Shown here piece after piece: positions 39,313 to 48,761 of a DNA stretch of 64,000 bases. The notes beneath the pieces are model-generated. The model had not been told where the DNA came from. It ran no database searches and worked only from the letters and a program-made list of their open reading frames with translations. The position numbers and the translations under genes were made by a program. The stretch comes from Deltaproteobacteria bacterium. GTDB lineage: Bacteria; Myxococcota_A; Polyangia; Polyangiales; Houyiibacteriaceae. The DNA lies in assembly GCA_034670305.1 (NCBI GenBank), contig JAXMNT010000027.1, forward strand, positions 1 through 64,000, in the 5' to 3' direction. Numbering within the stretch: the stretch's first letter is position 1; every line of letters begins with the position of its first letter.

Positions 39313-39540
39313 GGATTGTTTCGGAGGGGTGGGGCAGTCGAGCGGAGCGAGCGGTCGACCCCCGCAGGAGGCATCCGACGAGGAGGTCGAGCCCAGCCCC
39401 GCAGCAACCATCCCCATGCAGAAGGATTGTTGCGGAGGGGTGGGGCAGTCGAGCGGAGCGAGCGGTCGACCCCCGCAGGAGGCATCCGACGAGGAGGTCG
39501 AGCCCAGCCCCGCAGCAACCATCCCCATGCAGAAGGATTG
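39313..39540. repeat. 111-bp near-perfect tandem duplication of a hairpin-forming unit
   Basis: GGATTG starts at 39313, 39424 and 39535; the units differ at about 1 position. Confidence 0.95.
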
Positions 39541-42500
39541 CGTGCGTGTCCACGCCCCACGTGCACGAGCATCTTCTCAGCCGCTGCGGCCGGCCTCCTG
39601 ATCGCGGCCACGCTGTGTTCGGTGCCGGCGGTGGCCCAGCAACCCGAGAGCCACGTGCGGGGGTACTACGGTCGACCCGTGCACGAGGTCGTGCTCGTTG
39701 GTTCCGAGTCCCGTCGGGCGCAGGTGCGCGACGTGGGCATCCCGGTGGGGGCCCGGCTCAGTCGAGGTCTGCTTCGGACCGCGATCCGGCGGCTGCTCGA
39801 GAGCGGCCGCTGGGCCGATGTGCAACTCGATGTCCAGCTCGACGAGACGGGCGGGGTCGTGATCCTGGCGAAGCTCGTCCCGCGCCTCTTGCTGACCCGC
39901 GTCGACATCTTCGGCAACGACGTGCTCGACGAAGCCGTGTTGCGTCGAGAGCTGGGGCTCGGACCGGACTCGGAGATCGAAGCCGGCGACGTACCTGGGA
40001 TCCTGGCTTCGGTGCGCCGGCTGCACACCCGGCGCGGCTACGAGCAGGTGCAGGTCGAAGCGGAGCTGCGCGACACCTCCGACCCCGCCAAGAAGGTGCT
40101 CGTGCTGCGCATCGAGGTCGGTCCACCCACCGAGATATTGGCGGTCGTGTTCGAAGGCGAACCCATGCCCGAAGGGTCGCGGGTGCTGCACGCGATGGAG
40201 CTCGACGCGGGCGACGTGCTCGACCGGACCCTGCTCGAAGACGCGGTGTCCCGCGGAGAAGCGCGGCTGCGCGAGCGAGGTTGGTTGCAGGCGGCGCTCG
40301 GCGCCCCGGAGGAGCGGCGTGGCGAAGCGGGCGTGGTGCTCGTGGTGCCGAGCTCGGTCGGCCCCCGCTTCGATGTGGCGATCCGCGGCAACGAGCCGCT
40401 CGATCGGGGGGAGGTGTACGACGAGCTCCGGATCGGATCCGAGCGGCTGACGGTCGCGGCGGCCAGCGCGATGGAGCAACGCGTGGTCGACCTCTACCAG
40501 CGTTCCGGCTTCCCGGACGTGTCCGTCCAGATTCGGCGCGTGCCGGCACCGCGCCGGCCCGATGGGACCGACGACGAAACGCGGGCCGTGCTCGATGTAC
40601 GCGTCGCTCGAGGCGTCCCCCTGAGTGTGGTCGCCCGCTCGTACCCCGGCTCACGACACTTCGACCAGGACTACCTGGACGAGCAGGTCGACTCGATCCT
40701 CGACGAGGCGCTCGACACCCAGAGCATTCTCGAGCCGGTCGACGAGGAGACCGCCGAGCGTCTTGTGGCGGATAGTCAGCGCGGCCTGAGGGAACGTCCC
40801 CAGCCGGTGGAGATCGACGCGTCGCGGTTGTGGGTGCCGGCGGCGTACGAGCGGGCGGCGGAGCATCTGCGGGAGCTGCACGAGGTGGCGGGTTTCCTCG
40901 ATGTTCGGGTCGGCACACCGGAGCTGCAGAGGTTGGACGAGCGACGCGCAGTGGTCGTGATCCCGATCACGCAAGGGCCGCGCTCTCTGCTCTACGGGGT
41001 CGTGTTGACGGGCAACGACGCCCTGACCACCCGCGAGGTGCTCGAAGCCGCCGGACTGCAACGGGAGCAGCCGTTCTCTTATCTGGCGCTCGAGGACGCC
41101 AAACGCCGAATCCTCGATGCCTACCAAGCCCGCGGTCACTACTACGCGAGCATCGACTCCGACGTTCGGTTCAGCAGCGACCGCACGCGTGCGGAGCTGG
41201 TCCTGCGCGTGAGCGAGCGGTTCCCGGTGCGGGTCGGCGATGTGATCGTTCGCGGACTCGTCGAGACGAACGAGCGGCTGGTGCGCCGCGTGATGCCGCT
41301 CGAACGGGATGCGCTCCTGACACCTGCGCTGCTCCGATCCACGCAGGAGCGTCTTCTGGAGCTGGGTGTGTTCACGAGCGTGAATGTGGCGCCGCAGGAT
41401 CCAGAGCTGCCGGCGCGCGTGAAGCCGGTCGAGGTCACGTTCGCCGAGCGCAAGACCCAGTACCTCGACTTTCGGGCGGGTGTGTCGACCGGACAGGGCG
41501 CGCGGTTCGGGCTCAGCTATGGGTACCGGAACCTGTTCGGGACCGCGATGTCCCTCACCTTGGCTGCACAGTTCGGGTACCAGTTCTTCTTTCTCGACGA
41601 CGAGGTCGAGCGGCGGTTCCAGTCGCTCAGCTTGCAGGACCGGCTCGAGCGGCGCGTGTCCGCCAGCCTCGGCATTCCGTACATCGGACTGCCGAGCGTG
41701 CGCACCACCCTCGGTCTGATCCACCAGCGCGAGAACGAACGGAACTTCGGGCTCTCTCGAAACAGCATCGACCTGACGTTTGCCTGGCGGGCCCACCGCA
41801 CCGTGAACGTGCAGTTCAGTGGCGACGTCGAAAACAACGATGTCGATGTGCTCGGCGGACAATCGTACGAGGACGTCCTCGAGGCGACGTCCGGCGATCC
41901 ACGCCTGCGCAGCTTGCTGCGGGTGCCCGAAGGCGCGAGCACGCTGGTGGCGGCCGAGATCTCTGCGACGCTCGATCGGCGCGACAGTCCCTTCGTGCCG
42001 ACGCGCGGGTTCTTGCTCACGGCCTCGACCGAATGGGCGCGCACGATCCGGTCCGAAGCGATCGAACGGTTCGATGAGATCACGCGCTTTTACAGCCACC
42101 ATCTTCGCTTTCAGCTCAGCGGCAGCGGGTACGTGCCCTTCGGTCCGCGCAACCGGTTCGTCTTCGCGACCCAGCTGAAGATCGGCCGCGTGGTGCATCT
42201 CGAAGATCAGTCGGACACCTACCCGAACCGGCAGTTCTTCGTGGGTGGCGTCGGCAGCATGCGCGGGTACCTGCAGGACGCGATGGTTCCGCAGGACCTG
42301 GCCGAGGAGATCGAGCGCAACCCCGAACTCGGCAGCGCGCTCGTGCAGGGCGGCGACACCTACTTGGTGGTGCGCGGCGAGATGCGCTTTCCCATCGCAG
42401 GCGACCTGCGCGGAGGCGCGTTCGTCGACTTTGGCAACCTGTGGATCGAGCCGGGCCAGCTCAACCCGCTCGAGCTGCGCCCGACGGCCGGGCTCGGTCT

Positions 42501-42615
42501 GCGCATCGGCACCCCGGTGGGCCCCATCGCGCTCGACTACGGCATCTTGCTCGCGCGCCGGAAGTTCCTCGGAGAACCCTTCGGCAGCTTCCACTTCAGC
42601 ATTGGGCTTTTCTAA
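39538..42615 (+). CDS. tamA: Omp85 family outer-membrane protein (TamA/BamA-like) with POTRA domains
   Basis: Signal-like sequence after TTG 39538; POTRA repeats; GGVGSMRGY (VRGY-like), TPVGPIALDYG, C-terminal FSIGLF. Confidence 0.85.
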   Translation: MRACPRPTCTSIFSAAAAGLLIAATLCSVPAVAQQPESHVRGYYGRPVHEVVLVGSESRRAQVRDVGIPVGARLSRGLLRTAIRRLLESGRWADVQLDVQLDETGGVVILAKLVPRLLLTRVDIFGNDVLDEAVLRRELGLGPDSEIEAGDVPGILASVRRLHTRRGYEQVQVEAELRDTSDPAKKVLVLRIEVGPPTEILAVVFEGEPMPEGSRVLHAMELDAGDVLDRTLLEDAVSRGEARLRERGWLQAALGAPEERRGEAGVVLVVPSSVGPRFDVAIRGNEPLDRGEVYDELRIGSERLTVAAASAMEQRVVDLYQRSGFPDVSVQIRRVPAPRRPDGTDDETRAVLDVRVARGVPLSVVARSYPGSRHFDQDYLDEQVDSILDEALDTQSILEPVDEETAERLVADSQRGLRERPQPVEIDASRLWVPAAYERAAEHLRELHEVAGFLDVRVGTPELQRLDERRAVVVIPITQGPRSLLYGVVLTGNDALTTREVLEAAGLQREQPFSYLALEDAKRRILDAYQARGHYYASIDSDVRFSSDRTRAELVLRVSERFPVRVGDVIVRGLVETNERLVRRVMPLERDALLTPALLRSTQERLLELGVFTSVNVAPQDPELPARVKPVEVTFAERKTQYLDFRAGVSTGQGARFGLSYGYRNLFGTAMSLTLAAQFGYQFFFLDDEVERRFQSLSLQDRLERRVSASLGIPYIGLPSVRTTLGLIHQRENERNFGLSRNSIDLTFAWRAHRTVNVQFSGDVENNDVDVLGGQSYEDVLEATSGDPRLRSLLRVPEGASTLVAAEISATLDRRDSPFVPTRGFLLTASTEWARTIRSEAIERFDEITRFYSHHLRFQLSGSGYVPFGPRNRFVFATQLKIGRVVHLEDQSDTYPNRQFFVGGVGSMRGYLQDAMVPQDLAEEIERNPELGSALVQGGDTYLVVRGEMRFPIAGDLRGGAFVDFGNLWIEPGQLNPLELRPTAGLGLRIGTPVGPIALDYGILLARRKFLGEPFGSFHFSIGLF

Positions 42616-42620
42616 CTGCA

Positions 42621-42931
42621 TTACGGGCCTGGCTCGCTTCGCGAGACTGGCGGCCCTAATTCGGCGTCCGTTGTTTCTGAGGGGGACGGGTTCCCCCTCC
42701 GGCCTGCGGCCTCCTCCCCACCTGGGCACATCGACGTGCTCGCCGCCCGCGCATTTGGACGCACTGAAGAAGCGATTGGAACAACTGGCGGCTGCGCGCG
42801 GTGAAGGCACTCCCGCCGCCTCTACGACGCACTTGGGGAGTGCACCCGTTGCTCGGCCTGCGGGCTGCGCAGGTGCACGGGTGGAGATGCCTGACTCGCT
42901 GGCGCTGTTCGAGGCGGCTCCCCACCTGGGG
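42621..42931 (+). repeat. Structured intergenic repeat family B, long copy
   Basis: 35-bp core plus modules shared with 59936-60270 (reverse strand) and 19161-19281. Confidence 0.85.
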
Positions 42932-42971
42932 CTGCGCGCGTTGTCGAATCTTCGCGTCGAGAGGACCCGGG

Positions 42972-43859
42972 CTACTTCTTTTGTTCGCGGGCGCGTTTGG
43001 CGATGTAGCGGACGACCGCGCCGGCCACGTCCTGTCCGGTGGCGCGCTCGATGCCCTCGAGGCCGGGCGACGAGTTCACCTCGATGAGGAGCGGACCGTT
43101 CTCTCCCCGCAGAAGATCCACCCCGGCGAGTTTCAGGTTCAGCGCTGTGGCCGCGCGGATGGCGACGTCTTTCTCCGCTTCGGTTGCTTCGACCTTCGTC
43201 GCGACGCCACCGCGGTGCACGTTGGACCGAAACTCGCCCGGCGGCGCGGTGCGCAGCATGGATGCGACCACGCGGTTGCCTACCACGAAGCAACGAATGT
43301 CCTGCCCGCGCGCTTCTTTCACAAACGCTTGCACGAGCATGTGCGCGTTGAGATTCCGAAACGACTCGATGACCGCCTCGGCGACGTTCTGGGTTTCACA
43401 GAGCACCACCCCGACCCCCTGGGTGCCTTCGAGCAGCTTCACCACGAGCGGTGGTCCGCCGACCGCGCGGATGAGGCCCTTCACGTCCTGGCGCGCATGT
43501 CCGAACGCGGTGACCGGCATCGGGATCTCGTGCCGGGACAGCACCTGCAGACACCGCAGCTTGTCGCGGGAGCGTTGGATGGCGACGGCGGTGTTGGGCG
43601 TGTACACGCCCATTGCCTCGAGTTGGCGCACGACCGCGGTTCCGTAGAGCGTCTCCGAGGTCGGGACGCGCGGAATGGCGGCGTCGAACCGAGGGAGCGG
43701 CGCGTCCTGGTAGAGGATCGAGGGTGCACCGGTGACCACCTGCACGTGGCAGAGCAGGTAGTCGACAACCCGCATGTCGTAACCGGCGCGCTGGCCCGCT
43801 TCGACGAAGCGTTTCGTCGAGTAGAGGTAGGGATTCTGCGACAGGACGGCGATGCGCAT
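42972..43859 (-). CDS. rimK: RimK family ATP-grasp alpha-L-glutamate ligase
   Basis: LYSTKRF, RSRDKLRCLQ, KLLEGTQGVGV, FRSNVHRGG, EVNSSPGLEGIE. Confidence 0.93.
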   Translation of the reverse strand: MRIAVLSQNPYLYSTKRFVEAGQRAGYDMRVVDYLLCHVQVVTGAPSILYQDAPLPRFDAAIPRVPTSETLYGTAVVRQLEAMGVYTPNTAVAIQRSRDKLRCLQVLSRHEIPMPVTAFGHARQDVKGLIRAVGGPPLVVKLLEGTQGVGVVLCETQNVAEAVIESFRNLNAHMLVQAFVKEARGQDIRCFVVGNRVVASMLRTAPPGEFRSNVHRGGVATKVEATEAEKDVAIRAATALNLKLAGVDLLRGENGPLLIEVNSSPGLEGIERATGQDVAGAVVRYIAKRAREQKK

Positions 43860-43978
43860 GGCGGCGGCAGCGTACCTTCGCGTCGGCCCGGTCCGGTGTA
43901 CAATCGCCCCCTTGCGCCGGTGGGGATCGACACGCACCCTCTCCACGCTCGTTTCACCTGCTCGCCGGAGAGTCTTCG

Positions 43979-45739
43979 ATGACCCAGCTCCAGACCGGTT
44001 CCGCCGCGATTCCCGAGGCCGAACACCGCATCCCGCCGACCTCTCACGACGACCTCGACGCCGCGCTCGCGGTGCTCAAGGATCACGCCGAGGAGTGGCG
44101 CACGCTCTCGCTGTCCGAGCGCATCACGCTGCTCGAGCAGCTGCTCGACTCGACCTTCGCGACCAGCGAACGGTGGGTCAGAGAAGCCTGCGCGGCCAAG
44201 GGCCTCGAGATGGGCGGGCCCTACGAAGCAGAAGAGTGGCTTGGTGGCCCGGTGGTGGTGCTCCGCAACCTGCGCCTGCTGATTCGTTCGCTTCGGGAGA
44301 TCCAAGCGTCCGGCAAACCGCAGCTTCCCGGCAAACCCACCGTGCGACCGAACGGCCAGGTCATCGCGCCTGTGTTCCCGACCGACGGCTGGGACAAGTT
44401 GCTCTTCACCGGGTTCACCGGTGAGGTCTGGATGGACCCGAGCGTTACCCCGTCGACCCTCGAAGAGTCGATGGCCGTCTTCTACGCCAACCCGCAGAAG
44501 GACGGCCGGTTCGCCGAAGCCAAGGTCGGCCTCGTGCTCGGCGCCGGCAACGTGAGCTCCATCGGTCCGATGGACGCGCTCTACAAACTCTTCGCCGAAG
44601 GCGAAGTCGTCGTGCTCAAGATGAACCCGGTCAACGAGTACCTCGGGCCGATCGTCGACGAGGCGTTCCGGGAGCTCGTGCGGCGCGGGTTCCTCCGCGT
44701 GGTGTACGGCGGTGCCGCCGAAGGCGACTACCTCTGTCAGCACGAGAAGGTCGACTCCATCCACATCACCGGTTCCGACAAGACCCACGACGCGATCGTG
44801 TGGGGACTCGGGGAAGACGGCGAAGCGCGCAAGCGGCGGGGCGAACCGCGCAACGACAAGCCGATCTCGAGCGAGCTCGGAAACGTGAGCCCGATCATCG
44901 TCGTGCCCGGACCCTGGTCACAGGCCGACCTCGACTTCCATGGCGTCAACCTCGCCAGCTCGTTGACGAACAACGCTGGGTTCAACTGCAACGCGACCCG
45001 CGTCGTGGTCACCCACGCCGGCTGGGCCCAGCGCCAGGGTCTGATCGATTCGATCAAGACCGCGTTCGCGAGCGCTGCCCCGCGCGCGCCCTACTACCCG
45101 GGCGCGGAGAGCCGCCACGAGCGCTTCGTCGAAGAACATCCCGACGCGCATCAGTTCGGGCCGCGGGGCCAGGGCCGGGTGCCGTGGACGTTGATCACCG
45201 ACCTCGATCCCGAGAAGGCAGACGAACTGTGTTTCTCCACCGAGGCCTGGTGCGGGGTCACGAGCGAAGTGCCGCTCGGTGGTTCGGATCCCGTCGACTA
45301 CATCGAACGCGCGGTCCGCTTCGCCAACGACACCTGCTGGGGCACGCTCAGCTGCTCGATCATCGTGCACCCGAAGTCGCTGAAAGACCCGCGCACGGCA
45401 CGTGCTGTGGAAGAAGCGATCGCGGATCTCCGATTCGGTTCGGTCGTCGTGAACCATTGGGCCGCGCTCAGCTACGCGTTCGTCTCGACCACGTGGGGCG
45501 CGTTCCCTGGCCACCCGAAGACCGACATCCGTTCCGGCAAGGGCGTGGTCCACAACACCTACCTCTTCGACAAGCCGCAGAAGTCGGTCATTCGTGGACC
45601 GTTCCGCGTGTCGCCGCGTCCGCCGTGGTTCCTCGGCCACAAGACCGGACCGGCGCTCGGTCGGAAGCTGACGAAGTTCTACTACGAGCCGGCGCTTCGA
45701 CGGATCCCGTCGCTGCTCTTCAGCGCGATCCGCGGCTGA
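43979..45739 (+). CDS. Aldehyde dehydrogenase family protein (atypical subgroup)
   Basis: VLGAGN, LKMNPVN, HITGS, SELGNVSP, NNAGFNC catalytic Cys. Confidence 0.85.
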   Translation: MTQLQTGSAAIPEAEHRIPPTSHDDLDAALAVLKDHAEEWRTLSLSERITLLEQLLDSTFATSERWVREACAAKGLEMGGPYEAEEWLGGPVVVLRNLRLLIRSLREIQASGKPQLPGKPTVRPNGQVIAPVFPTDGWDKLLFTGFTGEVWMDPSVTPSTLEESMAVFYANPQKDGRFAEAKVGLVLGAGNVSSIGPMDALYKLFAEGEVVVLKMNPVNEYLGPIVDEAFRELVRRGFLRVVYGGAAEGDYLCQHEKVDSIHITGSDKTHDAIVWGLGEDGEARKRRGEPRNDKPISSELGNVSPIIVVPGPWSQADLDFHGVNLASSLTNNAGFNCNATRVVVTHAGWAQRQGLIDSIKTAFASAAPRAPYYPGAESRHERFVEEHPDAHQFGPRGQGRVPWTLITDLDPEKADELCFSTEAWCGVTSEVPLGGSDPVDYIERAVRFANDTCWGTLSCSIIVHPKSLKDPRTARAVEEAIADLRFGSVVVNHWAALSYAFVSTTWGAFPGHPKTDIRSGKGVVHNTYLFDKPQKSVIRGPFRVSPRPPWFLGHKTGPALGRKLTKFYYEPALRRIPSLLFSAIRG

Positions 45740-46373
45740 CTTCGGCTTCGCACACCCTTCGGTACGCGCTGGCCAGTCCATCGAGGCCGGGCGCACCGTC
45801 GGGGTGCGCCCGCAGGTAGGTTGCGATGGCGTCGACATCCGCGTCGCGCCGGTAGGCGACCTCGAACTCGTACTCCGATGGACCCGCGTGCAGTGCATCG
45901 CGGATCCGGAGTTCGAGGGCGTAGGCTTCGGCTTCGCGGCCGAGGGCCGCGTCCACCCGCGCCTCGCAGTCCAGACCTGCGCCCCGCGCGGTCGGGCGGA
46001 GTGGCGGTCCCTGGACCACGTGGTCCAGCAGGTGCGCGGCGCGGGCCGCGACCGCCGGGTCCGGATCGCTCCGCCGCAGGATCAGAAACCGTTGTGCGAC
46101 CACCACCGACGAGTCCCCGTCGCAAAAGCACCAGTGCACCGACTCGGTGCCACGGAGCAACGCCGCGGCTTCGGTCTGCGCCAACATCGACCTCAGGCGA
46201 TCCGCCCTTGGAAGGTCGATCGCACCACACGGGCACGCGGCCGTCTGCGCGGGGACTGGCTCCGCGCCGACCGAGGGCTCGGAACAACCCGCCAGCGCAA
46301 GGCTCAGGAGCAATCGCGCCCAGTGGGACGGCGAGCGCGTGACGAATGGGCTCGGCTGGGGCAGGCTACCCAT
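45720..46373 (-). CDS. Hypothetical lipoprotein with degenerate zincin-like HxxxH...E motif (start uncertain)
   Basis: LLLSLALAGC lipobox; AAHLLDH...REAEAY. Confidence 0.55.
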   Translation of the reverse strand: MGSLPQPSPFVTRSPSHWARLLLSLALAGCSEPSVGAEPVPAQTAACPCGAIDLPRADRLRSMLAQTEAAALLRGTESVHWCFCDGDSSVVVAQRFLILRRSDPDPAVAARAAHLLDHVVQGPPLRPTARGAGLDCEARVDAALGREAEAYALELRIRDALHAGPSEYEFEVAYRRDADVDAIATYLRAHPDGAPGLDGLASAYRRVCEAEVSRGSR

Positions 46374-46377
46374 CTCG

Positions 46378-46623
46378 ATGAGGACGATCGCACGACTCGC
46401 GGCCCTGTGGGGCCTGACCTTGGCTCTCGGCTGCGGAGGCGGAGACATCGGGGACACCTGCGAGAACCCCGACGACTGCAGCTCCGGACTGACTTGCTAC
46501 GCCTGGCCCTGCCTGGAGGGCGCCAGCTGCGTCTTCACCTGCGAGCAGGAGTGCACCATGGACGAAGAGTGCAACGGCCGGACCTGCAGCGGTGGCCTCT
46601 GCATCGTCACCGTCTCTCGTTAG
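46378..46623 (+). CDS. Small Cys-rich lipoprotein
   Basis: LALGC lipobox; 10 further Cys in about 60 aa. Confidence 0.75.
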   Translation: MRTIARLAALWGLTLALGCGGGDIGDTCENPDDCSSGLTCYAWPCLEGASCVFTCEQECTMDEECNGRTCSGGLCIVTVSR

Positions 46624-46673
46624 CCAGAGCCGGCACTTGCACCGTCTGACGGGCACACGTACCGTACGCGGCG

Positions 46674-46937
46674 ATGAAAACCCTCGGACTTATCTTTTCG
46701 CTCGCGCTCTTCACCCTCGGTGGATGCGCCAACGAAGTCGGCACTCGTTGTGAGAGCGAGGGCGACTGCAGCGACGGCACCATCTGTGCGCACGACGTGA
46801 TCTGCGCCGATCTCGACGACTGCGTCGGCGTCTGCTCCGATGCGTGCAGCACGGACGAAGATTGCTCGAGCGATGCGCGCTGCTTCCGCGAAGCGGGCAG
46901 CGGCCGCGGCTACTGCCGCTTCTTCGAAGGCGGCTAG
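46674..46937 (+). CDS. Small Cys-rich lipoprotein, paralogous to 46378-46623
   Basis: LGGC lipobox; nearly the same Cys spacing. Confidence 0.8.
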   Translation: MKTLGLIFSLALFTLGGCANEVGTRCESEGDCSDGTICAHDVICADLDDCVGVCSDACSTDEDCSSDARCFREAGSGRGYCRFFEGG

Positions 46938-47151
46938 TCAACCCGCGGAGCGGGGTGACTCCCTTGCCCCTGCCCTTGCCCCTGCCCTTGCCCTTGGGTG
47001 GCGAGGGGAACGCGTGGAACGACTCAGGCATCGGCTCAGCTCCATGGGCTCGATGGATGCGAATCCTTTGAATCGACTACCGCTGAATCGCCTGATCCTC
47101 GGCGGCAAGGCGGGCACGGGCACGGGGTAGGAAGAACCTCATTCTTCCTAC
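46936..47151. repeat. Convergent intergenic region: hairpin + C-rich hexamer tract ... G-rich hexamer tract + hairpin
   Basis: AGTCA-A-CCCGC-GGA-GCGGG-G-TGACT; (CCCYTG)n at 46961-46996; GGGCAC repeats at 47101-47128; GTAGGAAGAA-N5-TTCTTCCTAC. Confidence 0.8.
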
Positions 47152-48383
47152 GTGTGGATCGACTCCAGCGCGATGTCGCGGAGGCTGATCGCGTTCACGA
47201 CCCCGCTGAACGCCAGGAACGCGGCGAGGTTGCGCACGTTCGCTGCCCACGGCGGAACGTACTTCGGTGCGCCAACGAGATTCTTCTCGAACAGCGGCTC
47301 GAGCTCGAAGATGTCCGTCAGCGTCAACCGGCCGACGAAGAGCCGCGAGATGAGTTCGGGCCGTCGTTCGGTGATCACCTTCCGCAGGAACGTGTGCACG
47401 GCGAAGAGGCCGCGCAGGTACACGACGTCCTTCGTGAACGGGAACCGGCCGCGCACGTCGCCGCCCCGGAAGATCCGCGCCGCGGTGCGTGCCGCTTCGC
47501 CTTCGGGTTCTTCGATGGAGACGAGCCAACGGAACACCTCGATGAAGTCGGCGCCTTCCTCCGCGAGGTGAATCGCGTGCACTCGGTACGCGAGTCGGCG
47601 CAGCCGAGCGAGATCGATCGAACCGGTGATCAGCTCCGCGAAGGTGGCCAGACCCTCCTGGGTGGCGGTCGTCCGCGGGGAGCCCAGGCTGAGCGCCGTC
47701 AACACCGGTTGTGCACGCCCGTTCCGAGACGTCAGCGAGTGCACGCCGATCTCGTGTTCGCTGAGCTGCGCGATGTCGGTCTCGCTGAAACAGGTCGCGT
47801 CCCGGAGCCGGACCCGGTGCGCGCTCGCAGCCGCTTTCGCGCCGAGCTTCGGATCCACCACGATGCGGATGGGCTTCTCGAAGAACCGCTTCCAGCGTTT
47901 GCGCAGTGCCGCCGCGACGGCCTCGGGGGTCAAGCAGTACTCGTTCTCGTCGTCGGGCGTGGCCGCCGCGAGCGCTTTGGTGGCTGCGAGTAGCTTGTTC
48001 GCCGCGTCGAGCTGGTTCATCGACGTGCCGTGGAGTGGCTCTTTCGCGCCGCCGTAGATCTCGCGCGAGAGCGCGTAGGCCGCTGGCGTGCCCGCCACTT
48101 GGATCATGCCCGCGATCTTCCGGTAGCTCTCTGCGGTGCGCTGCAGAAACGCGCCGGTCGGACTCTTCGGGTCGGCGCGCTCTTGGAGCGCCTTGAGCGG
48201 CTTGTCGACCGACCGAACCTTCTTCACCGGCGGCGGCTCCGGCAACCGCACATCGCCGGCGCGGTACCGCTCGAGGAACTGATCGGTGACCGAAGGCGGC
48301 CAGCTGATGACGCTGAGGACTTTGATCTTCTTGGCCACGCGAACGAGCTCGTCGCTCTGTTCGCGAACCGCATATGCATCCAT
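47148..48383 (-). CDS. QEGLA-motif (DUF1704/MATCAP-like) metallopeptidase
   Basis: HEIGVH zinc motif, TATQEGLA, RIFRGG, FTKDVVYLRG. Confidence 0.88.
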   Translation of the reverse strand: MDAYAVREQSDELVRVAKKIKVLSVISWPPSVTDQFLERYRAGDVRLPEPPPVKKVRSVDKPLKALQERADPKSPTGAFLQRTAESYRKIAGMIQVAGTPAAYALSREIYGGAKEPLHGTSMNQLDAANKLLAATKALAAATPDDENEYCLTPEAVAAALRKRWKRFFEKPIRIVVDPKLGAKAAASAHRVRLRDATCFSETDIAQLSEHEIGVHSLTSRNGRAQPVLTALSLGSPRTTATQEGLATFAELITGSIDLARLRRLAYRVHAIHLAEEGADFIEVFRWLVSIEEPEGEAARTAARIFRGGDVRGRFPFTKDVVYLRGLFAVHTFLRKVITERRPELISRLFVGRLTLTDIFELEPLFEKNLVGAPKYVPPWAANVRNLAAFLAFSGVVNAISLRDIALESIHT

Positions 48384-48458
48384 GGCCCCACGATACCAGC
48401 GTGCCCCAGCGCGCAAGTGCAAGATCGCCCGGGCTGTGGCCATGGGCTATCGTCGGGT

Positions 48459-48647
48459 GTGCGCGAAGAACATCTCGAAGACGAGGCCCTGGTGAGCTGC
48501 CCGTGGTGCTTCGAGCAGATCGAACTCTACGTGGAGCCGGGCGATGTCGGCCGCAGCGATCGGGACTGCGACGTCTGCTGCCGCCCTTGGACGGTTCACG
48601 TCTCCCGCGAAGACGGTCGGCTCTCGGTCTTCGTCGAGCGGGCCTGA
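48459..48647 (+). CDS. CPXCG-motif cysteine-rich small protein
   Basis: CPWCFE...DCDVCCRPW. Confidence 0.8.
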   Translation: MREEHLEDEALVSCPWCFEQIELYVEPGDVGRSDRDCDVCCRPWTVHVSREDGRLSVFVERA

Positions 48648-48761
48648 CCGGCTCGGCTCCTGGGTCGCCCGGAACCCGTTCGGGCCTTGACCCGGTGGTT
48701 GCCCACACTACCGTGCCCGTCCCCGGTGAATTCGCCGGGCGCACAGATTCGGAGACCTTAG

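Noticed and set aside
39313..39540. 111-bp duplication as CRISPR or as a genuine N-terminal extension of the Omp85 protein (ORF from 39271)
   Set aside because: There are no spacers; a signal-peptide-like segment starts only after 39538, so the upstream ORF extension is probably non-coding.
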